The notes beneath the pieces are model-generated. The model ran no database searches, was not told where the DNA came from, and worked only from the letters and a program-made list of their open reading frames with translations. The translations under genes were made by a program, and so were the position numbers. Shown here piece after piece: positions 52,394 to 62,827 of a DNA stretch of 64,000 nucleotides; the stretch's first letter is position 1, and every line of letters begins with the position of its first letter. This DNA comes from Alphaproteobacteria bacterium (GTDB lineage Bacteria; Pseudomonadota; Alphaproteobacteria; Micropepsales; Micropepsaceae). The stretch covers positions 1,215 through 65,214 of the forward strand of contig JAFBAL010000029.1 of the NCBI GenBank assembly GCA_019247845.1. The letters are read 5' to 3'.

Positions 52394-52716
52394 TAGTGCG
52401 CGAAGTCCTGCTGACGGACGAAGCCGAGCGCGACATCGAAGAGATTTACGACTACATCGTCCGTCACGACAGCGTGGCGTCCGCCGAGCACGTCGTTCGA
52501 GGGCTGGAGAACTGCTGGGCCAAGCTCGAGACTTTCGCTGAGCGAGGCAATTATCCCAAGGAGATGGCGGAGCAAGGACGTCGAGACTGCCGCGAGCTTC
52601 ACTGGAAGCCGTATCGCATCATCTATAGGGTTTTGCCGAAGCTTGTTGCAGTCTACGCCATCGTCGACGGTCGCCGCGATATGCGCGCGTTCATCCAGCA
52701 GCGCTTTCGCGACTAA
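52390..52716 (+). CDS. RelE/ParE family toxin
   Basis: GTGA overlap with the antitoxin; AERDIEEIYDYI, ERG.YP.E, RE....PYRIIY, VDGRRD. Confidence 0.88.
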   Translation: MIVREVLLTDEAERDIEEIYDYIVRHDSVASAEHVVRGLENCWAKLETFAERGNYPKEMAEQGRRDCRELHWKPYRIIYRVLPKLVAVYAIVDGRRDMRAFIQQRFRD

Positions 52717-53069
52717 ACCGCGATCCCCAGCTCCGCCCGCTTCTTCTTCGTGAGCCCCGCCGCGATCAGCGCATGCGCGCGCGTGAGATAGGCCTTCAGG
52801 TCCTTCGCGCCCAGCGCGTCGAGCTTTTCGAGCTGCACCCATTTGGCGCGGGCGAGGTAGGGCGCGGGGATGATGTTCTTTTCCTTCGTCAGGATCGCGA
52901 AGCTGTCGTCGCCGGTCTTGAACGACATGGTTTGGGGCTTGGCATCGGGCGGGCCGAGCACCGCGAACATCTTGTCGCCGACCTTGTAGACGTGATCGGC
53001 GCCCCATTGGATCGACAGCTTGGCGCCCGGCAGCGACAGGCAGAACTTCTCGACCTCGGCGTATTTCAC
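52713..53069 (-). CDS. MmcQ/YjbR family protein
   Basis: FCLSLPGA, WG..VYKVGDKMFA, PAPYLARAKWV, H.L....LTKK.R. Confidence 0.9.
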   Translation of the reverse strand: MKYAEVEKFCLSLPGAKLSIQWGADHVYKVGDKMFAVLGPPDAKPQTMSFKTGDDSFAILTKEKNIIPAPYLARAKWVQLEKLDALGAKDLKAYLTRAHALIAAGLTKKKRAELGIAV

Positions 53070-53407
53070 CGTTCGATCCCCAAAGCTTCGCGCGCCCTGG
53101 CGACGTGCTCGGGCTTGACGTGCTTGGCGACCAGACCGAGCGCCATCGCCAGCACCGCGGCATCGTCGGTGAAGCCCAGGCCCGCCACGAAGTCCGGGAT
53201 CGCGTCGATGGGCGTCACGAAATAGGCCAGCGCCGCCATCAGCACGCCGCGCACGCGGCCGGGCGTCGCGGGATCGGCGGCGCAGAAATAGGCCGCGGCC
53301 GCGTCGTCGGCAAAGGGGATGCGGCCCAGCAACGCGAGCAGCTTCTTCCAGAAGCCGCGCTCGACGATGCGCTCGTTTTGCGCGATGGTCGCGGGCAGAT
53401 TGTCCAT
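53066..53407 (-). CDS. YkvA / DUF1232 family membrane protein
   Basis: FWKKL, AYFC..DP.TP, ALAYFVTPIDAIPDF..GLGFTDD. Confidence 0.9.
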   Translation of the reverse strand: MDNLPATIAQNERIVERGFWKKLLALLGRIPFADDAAAAYFCAADPATPGRVRGVLMAALAYFVTPIDAIPDFVAGLGFTDDAAVLAMALGLVAKHVKPEHVARAREALGIER

Positions 53408-53441
53408 GGGCGGATTATCCGCCATCCGAGGGCCGGCCGCA

Positions 53442-53843
53442 ATGAACACGCCGTGGAATGCCGACATCCGCCAGCCGCTGGCAGAAACGCTGGGCATCGA
53501 GGTCGTGGAAGCGACGAAGGACAAGGTCGTGGGCCGCATGCTGGTCAGACCAGAGATCTGCACCAGCTTCGACACGCTGCATGGCGGCGCGATCATGGCT
53601 TTCGCCGATACGCTGGGCGCCACCGGCGCGTTTCTGAACCTGCCGCCCGGCCACGGCACCACGACGATGGAGAGCAAGACCAATTTCATCGGCGCCGCCA
53701 AGGCGGGCACGGTGGTGAGCGCGGAATCCACCCCGGTCCATATCGGCAAGAGCACCTCGATCTGGACGACCCGCATCCTGCGCGAGGACGGCAAGCTGGT
53801 CGCGGTCGTGACCCAGACCCAGATGGTGCTTGCCCCCAGGTAA
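53442..53843 (+). CDS. PaaI family thioesterase
   Basis: LHGGAIMAFADTLGA, TTMESKTNF, GKSTSIW. Confidence 0.92.
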   Translation: MNTPWNADIRQPLAETLGIEVVEATKDKVVGRMLVRPEICTSFDTLHGGAIMAFADTLGATGAFLNLPPGHGTTTMESKTNFIGAAKAGTVVSAESTPVHIGKSTSIWTTRILREDGKLVAVVTQTQMVLAPR

Positions 53844-53905
53844 GACTTGGCGCGGATGCGAAAGCCGGTCTAAGAGTCGGCTCAGCGACATCACGGGAGA
53901 GAACC

Positions 53906-54688
<783 letters not shown>

Positions 54689-54742
54689 CGCGCGGTCGCG
54701 GGCAGGATGGCGCCGCGTTAGGCCTGCTGCCACACTGCGGGG

Positions 54743-55282
54743 ATGAGCGAATCGGCCATCCTCGCGTGGCAGAGCTATTTCGTGACGATCGCGGCGGTCA
54801 GCGCCACGCTCGCAGGCCTTCTGTTCGTGGGCCTCACCATCAGCCTCAGCCAGGTGCTGCAGGGCTACGGCTATCTCTCCCGCGCCTTCATCGCGCTGTT
54901 CATGCAGTTCGAGATGCTGTTGCTGGGCATCTTCGGCATCGTGCCGGGACAGCCGCCCTGGGTGCTGGGGGCCGAGTTCATCGTCACGGGCCTGTCGATC
55001 CTCACCGGCGTCTCGATCTTCGCCTATCACTTCCCGGAGAGCGCGCTGTCGGCGGTCTTGGGCTCGCGCGGACCGCGCACCGTGCGCGCGATCCTGGGCT
55101 ATGGCGGCACCCTGCTGCCGGTGGTGGCCGGCATCGGCATGATCTTCGGCCAGCCGCTGTCGCTCTATCTGCTCATCCCGAGCGAGATCGCGGCGCTCTA
55201 TCTCTCCATCGGCAACGCCTGGGTCTTCGCGGTCGAGATCCCGCGCCGCGCGCAGCTTGCGGAACCGCGCGAGAAGGACTGA
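54743..55282 (+). CDS. Hypothetical membrane protein (4-5 TM)
   Basis: W..YF...A..SATLAGLLFVGL.I at the N-terminus and NAWVF.VEI at the C-terminus. Confidence 0.75.
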   Translation: MSESAILAWQSYFVTIAAVSATLAGLLFVGLTISLSQVLQGYGYLSRAFIALFMQFEMLLLGIFGIVPGQPPWVLGAEFIVTGLSILTGVSIFAYHFPESALSAVLGSRGPRTVRAILGYGGTLLPVVAGIGMIFGQPLSLYLLIPSEIAALYLSIGNAWVFAVEIPRRAQLAEPREKD

Positions 55283-58200
55283 CTACCGCGCCGCGAGCTC
55301 GCGGATCTGGCTGTTGGCCAGCGTGAGCTTGGCGATGGAAAGCTCGCCCGCCCCTTCCAGAGCCGTCAGGAAGTCCTTCACGCGCGCCAGCTTGTCCTGG
55401 TTGCGCTTGACCCATTCCCTGGCCGCCGCCGCGCCGTCGACGCGGGTGCCGCTTTTCTTGGTGGGATCGAGCAGCGTCAGCGCATCGCCGGTCAGCGCGC
55501 GCTGCGCCGTGAACAGGTCGTCGTTCAGGCGGCGGATCGCCAGGCGGTCCCAGTGCTCGGCGCCGACGATGCGCTGCGACAGCCCGCGCAGGCGGTCGAT
55601 GCCGACCTCGGCGCCGATGGCGAAATAGGCGCCGGCGACGAGGTCGACGCCGAGCTCCCTGTTGTAGGCGAGCTGGGCGATCTCGGGCGCGGTGCCGAAC
55701 AGCGGCAGCGCCCCGATCTCGTCGGCGATGTCGTGCGCCACGCCGGCCTCTTCGAGCTTCCGGATGCGGTCCTGGGTGGCCTGCTTTTCGTAAGGCGACA
55801 CCAGTCCTTCGAACCTGCCGCGAAGCTTCTCCACGCCGTCGCTGTAGAGCGCGATGGTCGAGGCGAAGTCGGCATTGGCCGGCACGTTGGCCAGGAACCA
55901 CAGGCCGAGCCGCCGCAGCAGCTCGGCGATCTCGGTGTACATGGCGATCTGCGTCGCCGCGGGCACCTTGCCGTCGAGCGCATCGACGCTTTCCTTCAGC
56001 CGCGACAGGCCGAACGCGCCCTGGGCCACGACCGAGACGCGAACGACCTCGGCGCCGGACGCCCCCGTCATCTCCTTCATGCGCGCGACGAACACGGGGC
56101 CGGCGAGGTTGACAATGCGGTTGGCGAGAACGTCGGTGATGATCTCGCGGCGCAGGCGGTGGTTCTTGAGCTCGGCGCGGAACTTCGTGGCCGCCTGTTG
56201 CGGGAAATAGCTCGCGAGCTCGCTTTCGAAATGCTCTTCGTCGGGCAGGGCGCTGGCGATCAGCTCGGCCTTGAGGTCGAGCTTGGCATAGGCGAGCAGC
56301 ACCGCGAGCTCGGGCCGGGTCAGCCCCCTGTCGTCCTTGGCGCGGGCGCGAAGCTGCGCGTCGTCGGGCAGGAACTCGACCGCGCGGTCGAGGCGGCCGC
56401 GGCTCTCCAGCTCGCGCATGAAGCGCCCATGCGCGTCGAGGTCCTTCGTCGCGCGCGACTGCGCCACCGACAGCACCAGCGTCTGGTCGTAGTTGTCCTG
56501 CAGCACGTGCCGGGCGACGTCGTCGGTCATCTCGGCGAGCAGCGCGTCGCGCGCTTCGGGCGTGAGATCGCCGCGGCGCAACGGTGCGCTGAACAGGATC
56601 TTCAGGTTCACCTCGTGGTCCGAGGTGTCGACGCCGGCCGAGTTGTCGATGGCGTCGGTGTTGATCCGCCCGCCCGCGAACGCGTATTCGACGCGGCCGA
56701 GCTGGGTGCAGCCCAGGTTGGCGCCTTCGCCGATCACCTTGGCGCGGATGTCGGCGCCGTTGACGCGGATCGCGTCGTTGGCGCGGTCGCCGGCATCGGC
56801 GTTGGTCTGGGTCGAGGCCTTCACATAGGTGCCGATGCCGCCGAACCAGAGCAGGTCGACGGGCGCTTTCAGGATCGCCTTCATCAGCTCGTTGGGCGAG
56901 GTCTTCTCGCCGTCGAGGCCGGTCAGCGCGCGCATCTCGGCCGAGAGCGGGATCTCCTTCTGCGTGCGCGGGAAGACGCCGCCGCCCTTGGAGATCAGCT
57001 TGGCGTCGTAGTCCGCCCAGCTCGAGCGCGGCAGGTCGAACATGCGCTGGCGCTCGGCGAAGCTCTTCGCCGGATCGGGATCGGGATCGATGAAGATGTG
57101 GCGATGGTCGAACGCGGCCAGCAGCCGGGTGCATTTCGACAGCAGCATGCCGTTGCCGAAGACGTCGCCCGACATGTCGCCGACGCCGACCGCGGTGAAA
57201 GCCCCGCTCTGGCAGTCGCGGCCCATCTCGCGGAAGTGGCGCTTGACCGCTTCCCAGGCGCCGCGCGCGGTGATGCCCATCTTCTTGTGGTCGTAGCCGT
57301 GGCTTCCGCCCGAGGCGAAAGCGTCGCCCAGCCAGAAGCCCCTGGTTTCGGCGATGCCGTTGGCGATGTCGGAGAAGGTCGCGGTGCCCTTGTCCGCGGC
57401 GACGACCAGATAGGGATCGTCGGCGTCGTGGCGCACCACGTCCGGCGGGGGCACGACCGAGCCGTCGTGATGCAGGTTGTCGGTTACGTCGAGCAGCGCG
57501 CCGATGAAGGTCTTATAGGCCGCGATGCCCGCCGCCATCACCTCGTCGCGCGTGGCGTTCACCGGCGACTGCTTGGGATAGAATCCGCCCTTGGCGCCGA
57601 CGGGCACGATCACAGCGTTCTTGACCTGCTGCGCCTTGACCAGGCTGAGCACTTCGGTGCGGAAATCCTCGCGCCGGTCCGACCAGCGGATGCCGCCGCG
57701 GGCCACCTTGCCGAAGCGCAGGTGCACGCCTTCCACCATCGGCGAATAGACGAAGATCTCGACATGCGGCCGCGGCGCCGGAAGCTCGTCGAGCTTCTGG
57801 GAGTCCAGCTTCATCGAAAGGGCCTTGGCGTCCTTCCGATAGAAGTTGGTGCGCAGGACGCTGGCGATGACGTTGCGCAGCCGGCGGATGATGCGGTCGT
57901 CGTCGAGGCTGGGCACGTCGTTCAGCGCCTTGTCGATCCTGGTCTGCACCAGCCGGGCGCGCGCCTCGCGCTTCTCTTGATCGGCCGGGTTGTTCAGCGT
58001 GTGGAACAGCTCGACCAGCAGGCGCGCGATGTCGGGGTTGCGCGCCAGCGCCTGCTCCATGTAGTCCTGGCTGAACTGGATCGCGGCCTGGCGCAGGTAC
58101 TTGGCCGTGGCGCGCAGGATCGTCACGTCGCGCCAGGCGAGGCCGGCGCCGATGACCAGCCGGTTGAAGCCGTCGCTCTCGGCCTCGCCGGAGACGATCG

Positions 58201-60052
58201 CGCGGAAGGCTTCTTCCAGCGGCGCCTTGATGGTTTCGAGATCGGCGGCCGATCCGTCGACGCGCTCCATCTGGAAGTCGAGCAGCACGCAGCTATGGAC
58301 CTTGCCGTCGTCGTCCTTGAACGACACGGTGAAGGAATCCTCGGCGATCACCTTCATGCCGAGATTCTCGAGGATCGGCATGGTGGTGGAGAGCGGCATG
58401 ATCTCGCCGAACAGATAGAGCTTCATCCGCACCGCGGTCGGCGGATCGGTGTCCTTGCGATAGGCGCGCACGCTCAGGGCCTGGCCGCGCTCGAGCTCTT
58501 CCAGGTCGATCGCCGCCTCGCGCGGCGAGAACATGCCGGTATAGCCCGGCGAGAACCGCGCCTCGCGCGCGTGATAGAGCCGCGCGCCGTGCAGCTCGCC
58601 GTGATAGGCGCCGAGCGCTTCCTGGAACGCGTCGTCCCAGGTGCGGATGGCGGCGCGCAGGCGGTCTTCCAGCGCGCGCGGCTCGACCTGCGGGCGTTCG
58701 TCGCTCTCGCGGCCGACGATGTAGTGGACGCGTGCCAGGGCGCTGTCGTCGAGCACCGGCACCGCGGCCGAGGGGCGGCCGTGGAACACCTCTGCCAGGA
58801 TGCGGTGGATGCGCTCGCGGATATGGGTGTCGTAGCGGTCGCGCGGCACGAAGACGAGCGCCGAGACGAAGCGGTCGAAGCGGTCGAAGCGCAGGAATAC
58901 GCGCACCTTGGGCCGCTCGCCCAGCTTCAAGATGCCGAGCGCGGTATGGAACAGCTCGTCCTCGCTGACCTGGAACAGCTCGTCGCGCGGGAAGCTGTCG
59001 AGGATATGCGCCAGCGCCTTGCCGTCGTGGCTGGCGGGCGCGAGGCCCGCGCGGTCCTTCACCTTCTGCACCTTTCGGCGCAGCAGCGGGATGTCGCGCG
59101 GGCTGCGGCTATAGGCGCCGGACGTGAACAGGCCGACGAAGCGCCGCTCGCCGGTCAGCTCGCCCTTGGCGTCGAAAGTCTTCACGCCGACGTAGTCCAT
59201 GTGCACGCGGCGATGCACCAGCGAACGCTCGTTCGCCTTGGTGATGATCAGCGGCTCGGGCTGCTCGAGGAAGTCGCGGATCTGCGGCGTCAGCGACTTG
59301 CGGTCGGCGCCGCCGCGCAGCACGCGCGCTTCCGGCGTGGTGAGCACGCCAAGCCCGCTGGCCTCGACGGCTTCAAGCCGTCCGTCGCCCTCGCGCGAGA
59401 AGCGATAGTCGCGGCAGCCCAGGAAGGTGAAATGGTTGTCGCCCAGCCATTCCAGGAAGGCGACGTCCTCGTCGAGGTCTTCCTTCGCGATCGCCGGCGG
59501 ATGCGACTTCAGCCCGGCGATGGAGTCCGCCAGCTGGCCGATCATCTTCGGCCAGTCGCGCACCGCTTCCCAGACCTGGGCGAAGACCTTGCGCACGCCG
59601 TCGATCATCTGCTCGCGGCGCGTGGCGTCCACGACGGGATCGAGCACGGCGACGATGACGCTGGTCGCGTCCACGATCGGATGGAACATCGCGCGCAGCC
59701 GCGCGCCCTGCGCGTGCAGCTCGCCGGTCAGCGAGTCGAACAGGAACGGCATGTCGTCGTTGATCGCAACGAGCACGCATTCGTTGGCGGGGTAGGCCTT
59801 GTCCTCGGAATGCGGGTCGAACAGGTCGACAAGGCTGTTGCCGGGCTTGCGCGCCGCGAGCCGCTTGGCGACCAGCTTGGCCAGGGCGGCCAGCGCTTCG
59901 GCGCCGTAGCGGTTGATGTCTTCGGGCGCGGCGTTGCGGTAGAGCGCCTCGTAGAACGCCGCATCGGGACCCAGCCCCTTTGCGCCTTGGGCGAGCCGCT
60001 CCGCGGCAAGGTTTTCGTCGTCGCTGGAGGGCAGGGGAGCCGCGAGGTTCAT
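55283..60052 (-). CDS. gdh: Large NAD-specific glutamate dehydrogenase (1589 aa)
   Basis: ARGGIRWSDRREDFRTEVL.L.KAQ.VKN, VVAADKGTATFSD, GDMSGDVFGNGM, EGANLG, DAIDNSAGVD.SDHEVN. Confidence 0.96.
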   Translation of the reverse strand: MNLAAPLPSSDDENLAAERLAQGAKGLGPDAAFYEALYRNAAPEDINRYGAEALAALAKLVAKRLAARKPGNSLVDLFDPHSEDKAYPANECVLVAINDDMPFLFDSLTGELHAQGARLRAMFHPIVDATSVIVAVLDPVVDATRREQMIDGVRKVFAQVWEAVRDWPKMIGQLADSIAGLKSHPPAIAKEDLDEDVAFLEWLGDNHFTFLGCRDYRFSREGDGRLEAVEASGLGVLTTPEARVLRGGADRKSLTPQIRDFLEQPEPLIITKANERSLVHRRVHMDYVGVKTFDAKGELTGERRFVGLFTSGAYSRSPRDIPLLRRKVQKVKDRAGLAPASHDGKALAHILDSFPRDELFQVSEDELFHTALGILKLGERPKVRVFLRFDRFDRFVSALVFVPRDRYDTHIRERIHRILAEVFHGRPSAAVPVLDDSALARVHYIVGRESDERPQVEPRALEDRLRAAIRTWDDAFQEALGAYHGELHGARLYHAREARFSPGYTGMFSPREAAIDLEELERGQALSVRAYRKDTDPPTAVRMKLYLFGEIMPLSTTMPILENLGMKVIAEDSFTVSFKDDDGKVHSCVLLDFQMERVDGSAADLETIKAPLEEAFRAIVSGEAESDGFNRLVIGAGLAWRDVTILRATAKYLRQAAIQFSQDYMEQALARNPDIARLLVELFHTLNNPADQEKREARARLVQTRIDKALNDVPSLDDDRIIRRLRNVIASVLRTNFYRKDAKALSMKLDSQKLDELPAPRPHVEIFVYSPMVEGVHLRFGKVARGGIRWSDRREDFRTEVLSLVKAQQVKNAVIVPVGAKGGFYPKQSPVNATRDEVMAAGIAAYKTFIGALLDVTDNLHHDGSVVPPPDVVRHDADDPYLVVAADKGTATFSDIANGIAETRGFWLGDAFASGGSHGYDHKKMGITARGAWEAVKRHFREMGRDCQSGAFTAVGVGDMSGDVFGNGMLLSKCTRLLAAFDHRHIFIDPDPDPAKSFAERQRMFDLPRSSWADYDAKLISKGGGVFPRTQKEIPLSAEMRALTGLDGEKTSPNELMKAILKAPVDLLWFGGIGTYVKASTQTNADAGDRANDAIRVNGADIRAKVIGEGANLGCTQLGRVEYAFAGGRINTDAIDNSAGVDTSDHEVNLKILFSAPLRRGDLTPEARDALLAEMTDDVARHVLQDNYDQTLVLSVAQSRATKDLDAHGRFMRELESRGRLDRAVEFLPDDAQLRARAKDDRGLTRPELAVLLAYAKLDLKAELIASALPDEEHFESELASYFPQQAATKFRAELKNHRLRREIITDVLANRIVNLAGPVFVARMKEMTGASGAEVVRVSVVAQGAFGLSRLKESVDALDGKVPAATQIAMYTEIAELLRRLGLWFLANVPANADFASTIALYSDGVEKLRGRFEGLVSPYEKQATQDRIRKLEEAGVAHDIADEIGALPLFGTAPEIAQLAYNRELGVDLVAGAYFAIGAEVGIDRLRGLSQRIVGAEHWDRLAIRRLNDDLFTAQRALTGDALTLLDPTKKSGTRVDGAAAAREWVKRNQDKLARVKDFLTALEGAGELSIAKLTLANSQIRELAAR

Positions 60053-60143
60053 GGTGTGCCGGGTCGAGATTCGGGCGGGGAGATAGACCCGCCGATACTA
60101 CCGCCGCAACACCTGTATTCGAAAAGAATTTTCAGGCGAGAGG

Positions 60144-60860
60144 TCAGGCGAGATCCGGCAGGGCGGGAACCTCGTTCGCGCGCTCCTTGCGGGCATCGGC
60201 GAAAACCGCGCTCGCTGCCACCGCGATGCAGGCGATGAGCACGAAGGCGGCGTCCAGCGCGCCGCCTGCGAGCGGCCTGAGCACACACGCAAATGAGGCC
60301 AGCGCGGCAACCGGCGCAAGAAACAGAAACACGCTCTCGCGCTCGCGCAAGAGAACGGCGACGGCCGTACCCGGCACCGCGGCGAACAGCACGACCAAGG
60401 CGATGTTGGCGTCGGCCGGAAGCGCCAGGAACGCGCCTGCGCCCCAGGCGAAGCCGGCGAAGACCAGGATCGCGCTCAGGTCCTGGGAAAACGTCTTCAG
60501 CACCGTGCGTTCGAAGGGCTGGCCGATGGCGCGGCGATAGGCGATCACCACCGCGATCGCGGCGCCGATCGTGAACAGGCTCCAAGCGACGGTCTCGGGC
60601 CAGCCGATGCGCCCGGCGGCGAGCGTGGCCGCGGCGAGCGCCGGCAGCGCGATGGCGAGATGGATCGAGCGGCCCAGCAGGTTCGCGAGTCGCGCGGTTT
60701 CCTCCGCCTCGGCATGCAGCTCGGCCAGGCGCGCCACGGGATGACGGGGGTCGATCGCCGCTTGCGCAATCGCTGCTTGCGGAATCGCTGCCTGCGGAAT
60801 CGCTGCTTGGGGAATCGGGGGCTTGGAAATTTCGGCCGGCTTTTGTACAGGCAGCGCCAT
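60144..60860 (-). CDS. Hypothetical membrane protein (about 6 TM) with N-terminal PQAAI repeats
   Basis: GGAGG before ATG 60860; hydrophobic helices including FAGFAWGAG; no catalytic domain follows. Confidence 0.75.
   Translation of the reverse strand: MALPVQKPAEISKPPIPQAAIPQAAIPQAAIAQAAIDPRHPVARLAELHAEAEETARLANLLGRSIHLAIALPALAAATLAAGRIGWPETVAWSLFTIGAAIAVVIAYRRAIGQPFERTVLKTFSQDLSAILVFAGFAWGAGAFLALPADANIALVVLFAAVPGTAVAVLLRERESVFLFLAPVAALASFACVLRPLAGGALDAAFVLIACIAVAASAVFADARKERANEVPALPDLA
60753..60812 (-). repeat. Four tandem 15-bp units encoding (P/A)QAAI
   Basis: Plus strand reads GATCGCCGCTTGCGC / AATCGCTGCTTGCGG / AATCGCTGCCTGCGG / AATCGCTGCTTGGGG. Confidence 0.9.
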
Positions 60861-60913
60861 AGGTCCCTCCCACAAGGGCCGTGATTTGGAACGCATACGC
60901 TCGGCCTCCACCG

Positions 60914-60929
60914 TTAAGAATGCCTTAAC
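60914..60929. promoter_or_regulatory. Perfect CtrA box between divergent membrane-protein and exonuclease genes
   Basis: TTAA-GAATGCC-TTAAC. Confidence 0.82.
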
Positions 60930-60960
60930 GAAGCGCCGGTTCCCGGATAGGTCTGTCCGC

Positions 60961-61551
60961 ATGCCGCCTTTTCCACAGATTCGTACCGCCGTGGTGTTCG
61001 ACCTGGAGTTCACCGCCTGGGAGGGCTCGATGACGCATCGCTGGTCGAGACCCGGCGAGTTCACCGAGCTCGTCCAGATCGGCGCGCTGAAGGTGGATGC
61101 CCGGAGCTTCGAAGTGCTGGACGAACTGGACCTGCTGGTGAAGCCCAGGCTCAATCCCGTGCTGTCGGACTATTTCGTGGCGCTTACCGGCATCACCAAT
61201 GACGAGTTGGGGGCGCGGGGCATCGACTTCGTCGAAGCCTATCGGCGGTTCGCGCGCTTCGCGGATGGCGCGCCGATCTTCGCTTTCGGCCGCGACGATC
61301 TGATCTTCGATTTCAATCTGCGGCTCTACGGCCTCGAAAGCCTCGAGCCCCTGCCGCCTTATACCAACGTCGTGCCGTGGCTGATCGAGAACGGCGTCGA
61401 TCCCAAGGGCAAGAACGCCTGCGACGTCGGTCCGCTCGCGGGTGTCGCGTTCAAGGGCCAGAAGCACAATGCGCTCGCCGATTCGTACTCGGTCCTGAGC
61501 GGCATCAAGGCGCTGGCCGGCCGCGGCGCCAACAACCTGTTGCTCGCATGA
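60961..61551 (+). CDS. DEDDh 3'-5' exonuclease
   Basis: VFDLEFT, LVQIGA, LTGIT, HNALAD. Confidence 0.88.
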   Translation: MPPFPQIRTAVVFDLEFTAWEGSMTHRWSRPGEFTELVQIGALKVDARSFEVLDELDLLVKPRLNPVLSDYFVALTGITNDELGARGIDFVEAYRRFARFADGAPIFAFGRDDLIFDFNLRLYGLESLEPLPPYTNVVPWLIENGVDPKGKNACDVGPLAGVAFKGQKHNALADSYSVLSGIKALAGRGANNLLLA

Positions 61552-61916
61552 GCGAAGCCGATGTGACCGAAGCGGGCCGTCTCATCGCCGAGCTCGATCT
61601 CGCGCCGCATCCCGAGGGCGGCCACTACCGCGAGACTTTCCGCGATGCGCATTCGACCGCGATCTATTTCCTGCTCCGCGCCGGCGAGGTGTCGCGCAAG
61701 CACCGCATCGATGCCGTCGAGATCTGGCACTTCTATCGCGGCGACGCGCTGGAGCTGACGGTCGGCGACGCGGTGCATGTGCTCGGCGCCGACAATCCGC
61801 AGGTCGTGGTCCCGTCGAAGGTGTGGCAGAGCGCGCGGCCGCTGGGCGCCTATACGCTGGTCGGCTGCACCGTCGCACCGCCGTTCGAGTTTTCGAAATT
61901 CGAGCTGGCGCCATAA
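61548..61916 (+). CDS. Cupin (Cupin_5 / DUF985-like) protein
   Basis: LAPHPEGGHYRETF, STAIYFLL, EIWHFY.G, WQSA, LVGCTVAP.F. Confidence 0.92.
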   Translation: MSEADVTEAGRLIAELDLAPHPEGGHYRETFRDAHSTAIYFLLRAGEVSRKHRIDAVEIWHFYRGDALELTVGDAVHVLGADNPQVVVPSKVWQSARPLGAYTLVGCTVAPPFEFSKFELAP

Positions 61917-61961
61917 GCGCAATCGGGCGAAACGCGCAGCGGTTCGTCCGAGAAATTGCGC
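61917..61961. terminator. Imperfect hairpin between convergent genes (possible terminator)
   Basis: GCGCAAT...ATTGCGC outer arms and TCGGGCGAA...TTCGTCCGA inner arms; no T run. Confidence 0.3.
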
Positions 61962-61970
61962 GTCGACAAA

Positions 61971-62723
61971 TCAGTCGGGCACGTTGATCTGCAATATCTG
62001 CCCGAGCGCGCGCGCGATGCCGCGCGACGAGGCGCGCCCGGCATAGCCGCCCAGCGCGTTGAAGGTAATGTTCAAGGTCTTGCCCGACATGAACATCACC
62101 GGCTTGTTGCCGAGGCCGAGCCGCACCTGCTCGATGCGCTTGGCGAAGGCGTCGCGGGCCTTGGGAAGGACGAGGAAGCGGTCGATGCCGCGCGACGCGT
62201 TCTCCATCGCGTCGAAGGCCAGCGCGCGCAGCCGCGCGTCGCCGGCCAGCGCGTTCCAGTCGGCGGTGAAGTTCAGATGCACGCGGCGCGAATAGGCGAG
62301 GTGCTCGGCCTCGTCCTCGGCGGCGTTCTGCATGTCGGAGAGCGAGACCGGCGTCAGCGACGGCGTGAAGGTGTCGCCGCTGCGCTCGGCCGGCACGCCG
62401 CTCGGCGCGTCGGCGGTATAAAGCGTCATGCCGCCCCAGCCCGCGACGCGGATCACGATCGCGCCGGAATCGAATTTCAGCGCGCGGCCGCCGAGCGGCG
62501 CGTGATCGGTATAGAGGACATAGACCTCGGGATCGCCCTGGAAGCGGATCAGGTATTTGTCGCCATAGGTGTCGAGCGAGAAGGCGACGTGTCCGGCGGT
62601 ATAGCTGCCCGGCTCGATGTCGCCGACATGTTCCTTGGTCAGGCGCTGCGCCATCTCGCTCTGCGCGTGCGCCGCACCCGCAAAGAAGACGCACAAAAGA
62701 AGAGCGATCCCTGCCTTGGGCAT
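61971..62723 (-). CDS. Exported DUF4908-like protein
   Basis: Signal peptide; F.LD...L.RF....EV..L....AP.G.......G......GG.T.YT pattern, recalled from Caulobacterales DUF4908. Confidence 0.65.
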   Translation of the reverse strand: MPKAGIALLLCVFFAGAAHAQSEMAQRLTKEHVGDIEPGSYTAGHVAFSLDTYGDKYLIRFQGDPEVYVLYTDHAPLGGRALKFDSGAIVIRVAGWGGMTLYTADAPSGVPAERSGDTFTPSLTPVSLSDMQNAAEDEAEHLAYSRRVHLNFTADWNALAGDARLRALAFDAMENASRGIDRFLVLPKARDAFAKRIEQVRLGLGNKPVMFMSGKTLNITFNALGGYAGRASSRGIARALGQILQINVPD

Positions 62724-62827
62724 CCCGGTTCTTGTTCTCTAAGCCCGCTCGCCCGCGCCCCCGCGCGGACATCCCTCGGTCAATTAACGAGTCGAATTGG
62801 GCGAATTTAAGGGCGGAAGGTTGACGG

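Noticed and set aside
55553-60238. 1561-aa plus-strand ORF opposite gdh
   Set aside because: Codon-mirror frame of the NAD-GDH gene; no independent motifs or translation signals.
62784-62810. Two TTAA half-sites upstream of the DUF4908-like gene
   Set aside because: Offset is 23 bp, not the 11 bp required for a CtrA box.
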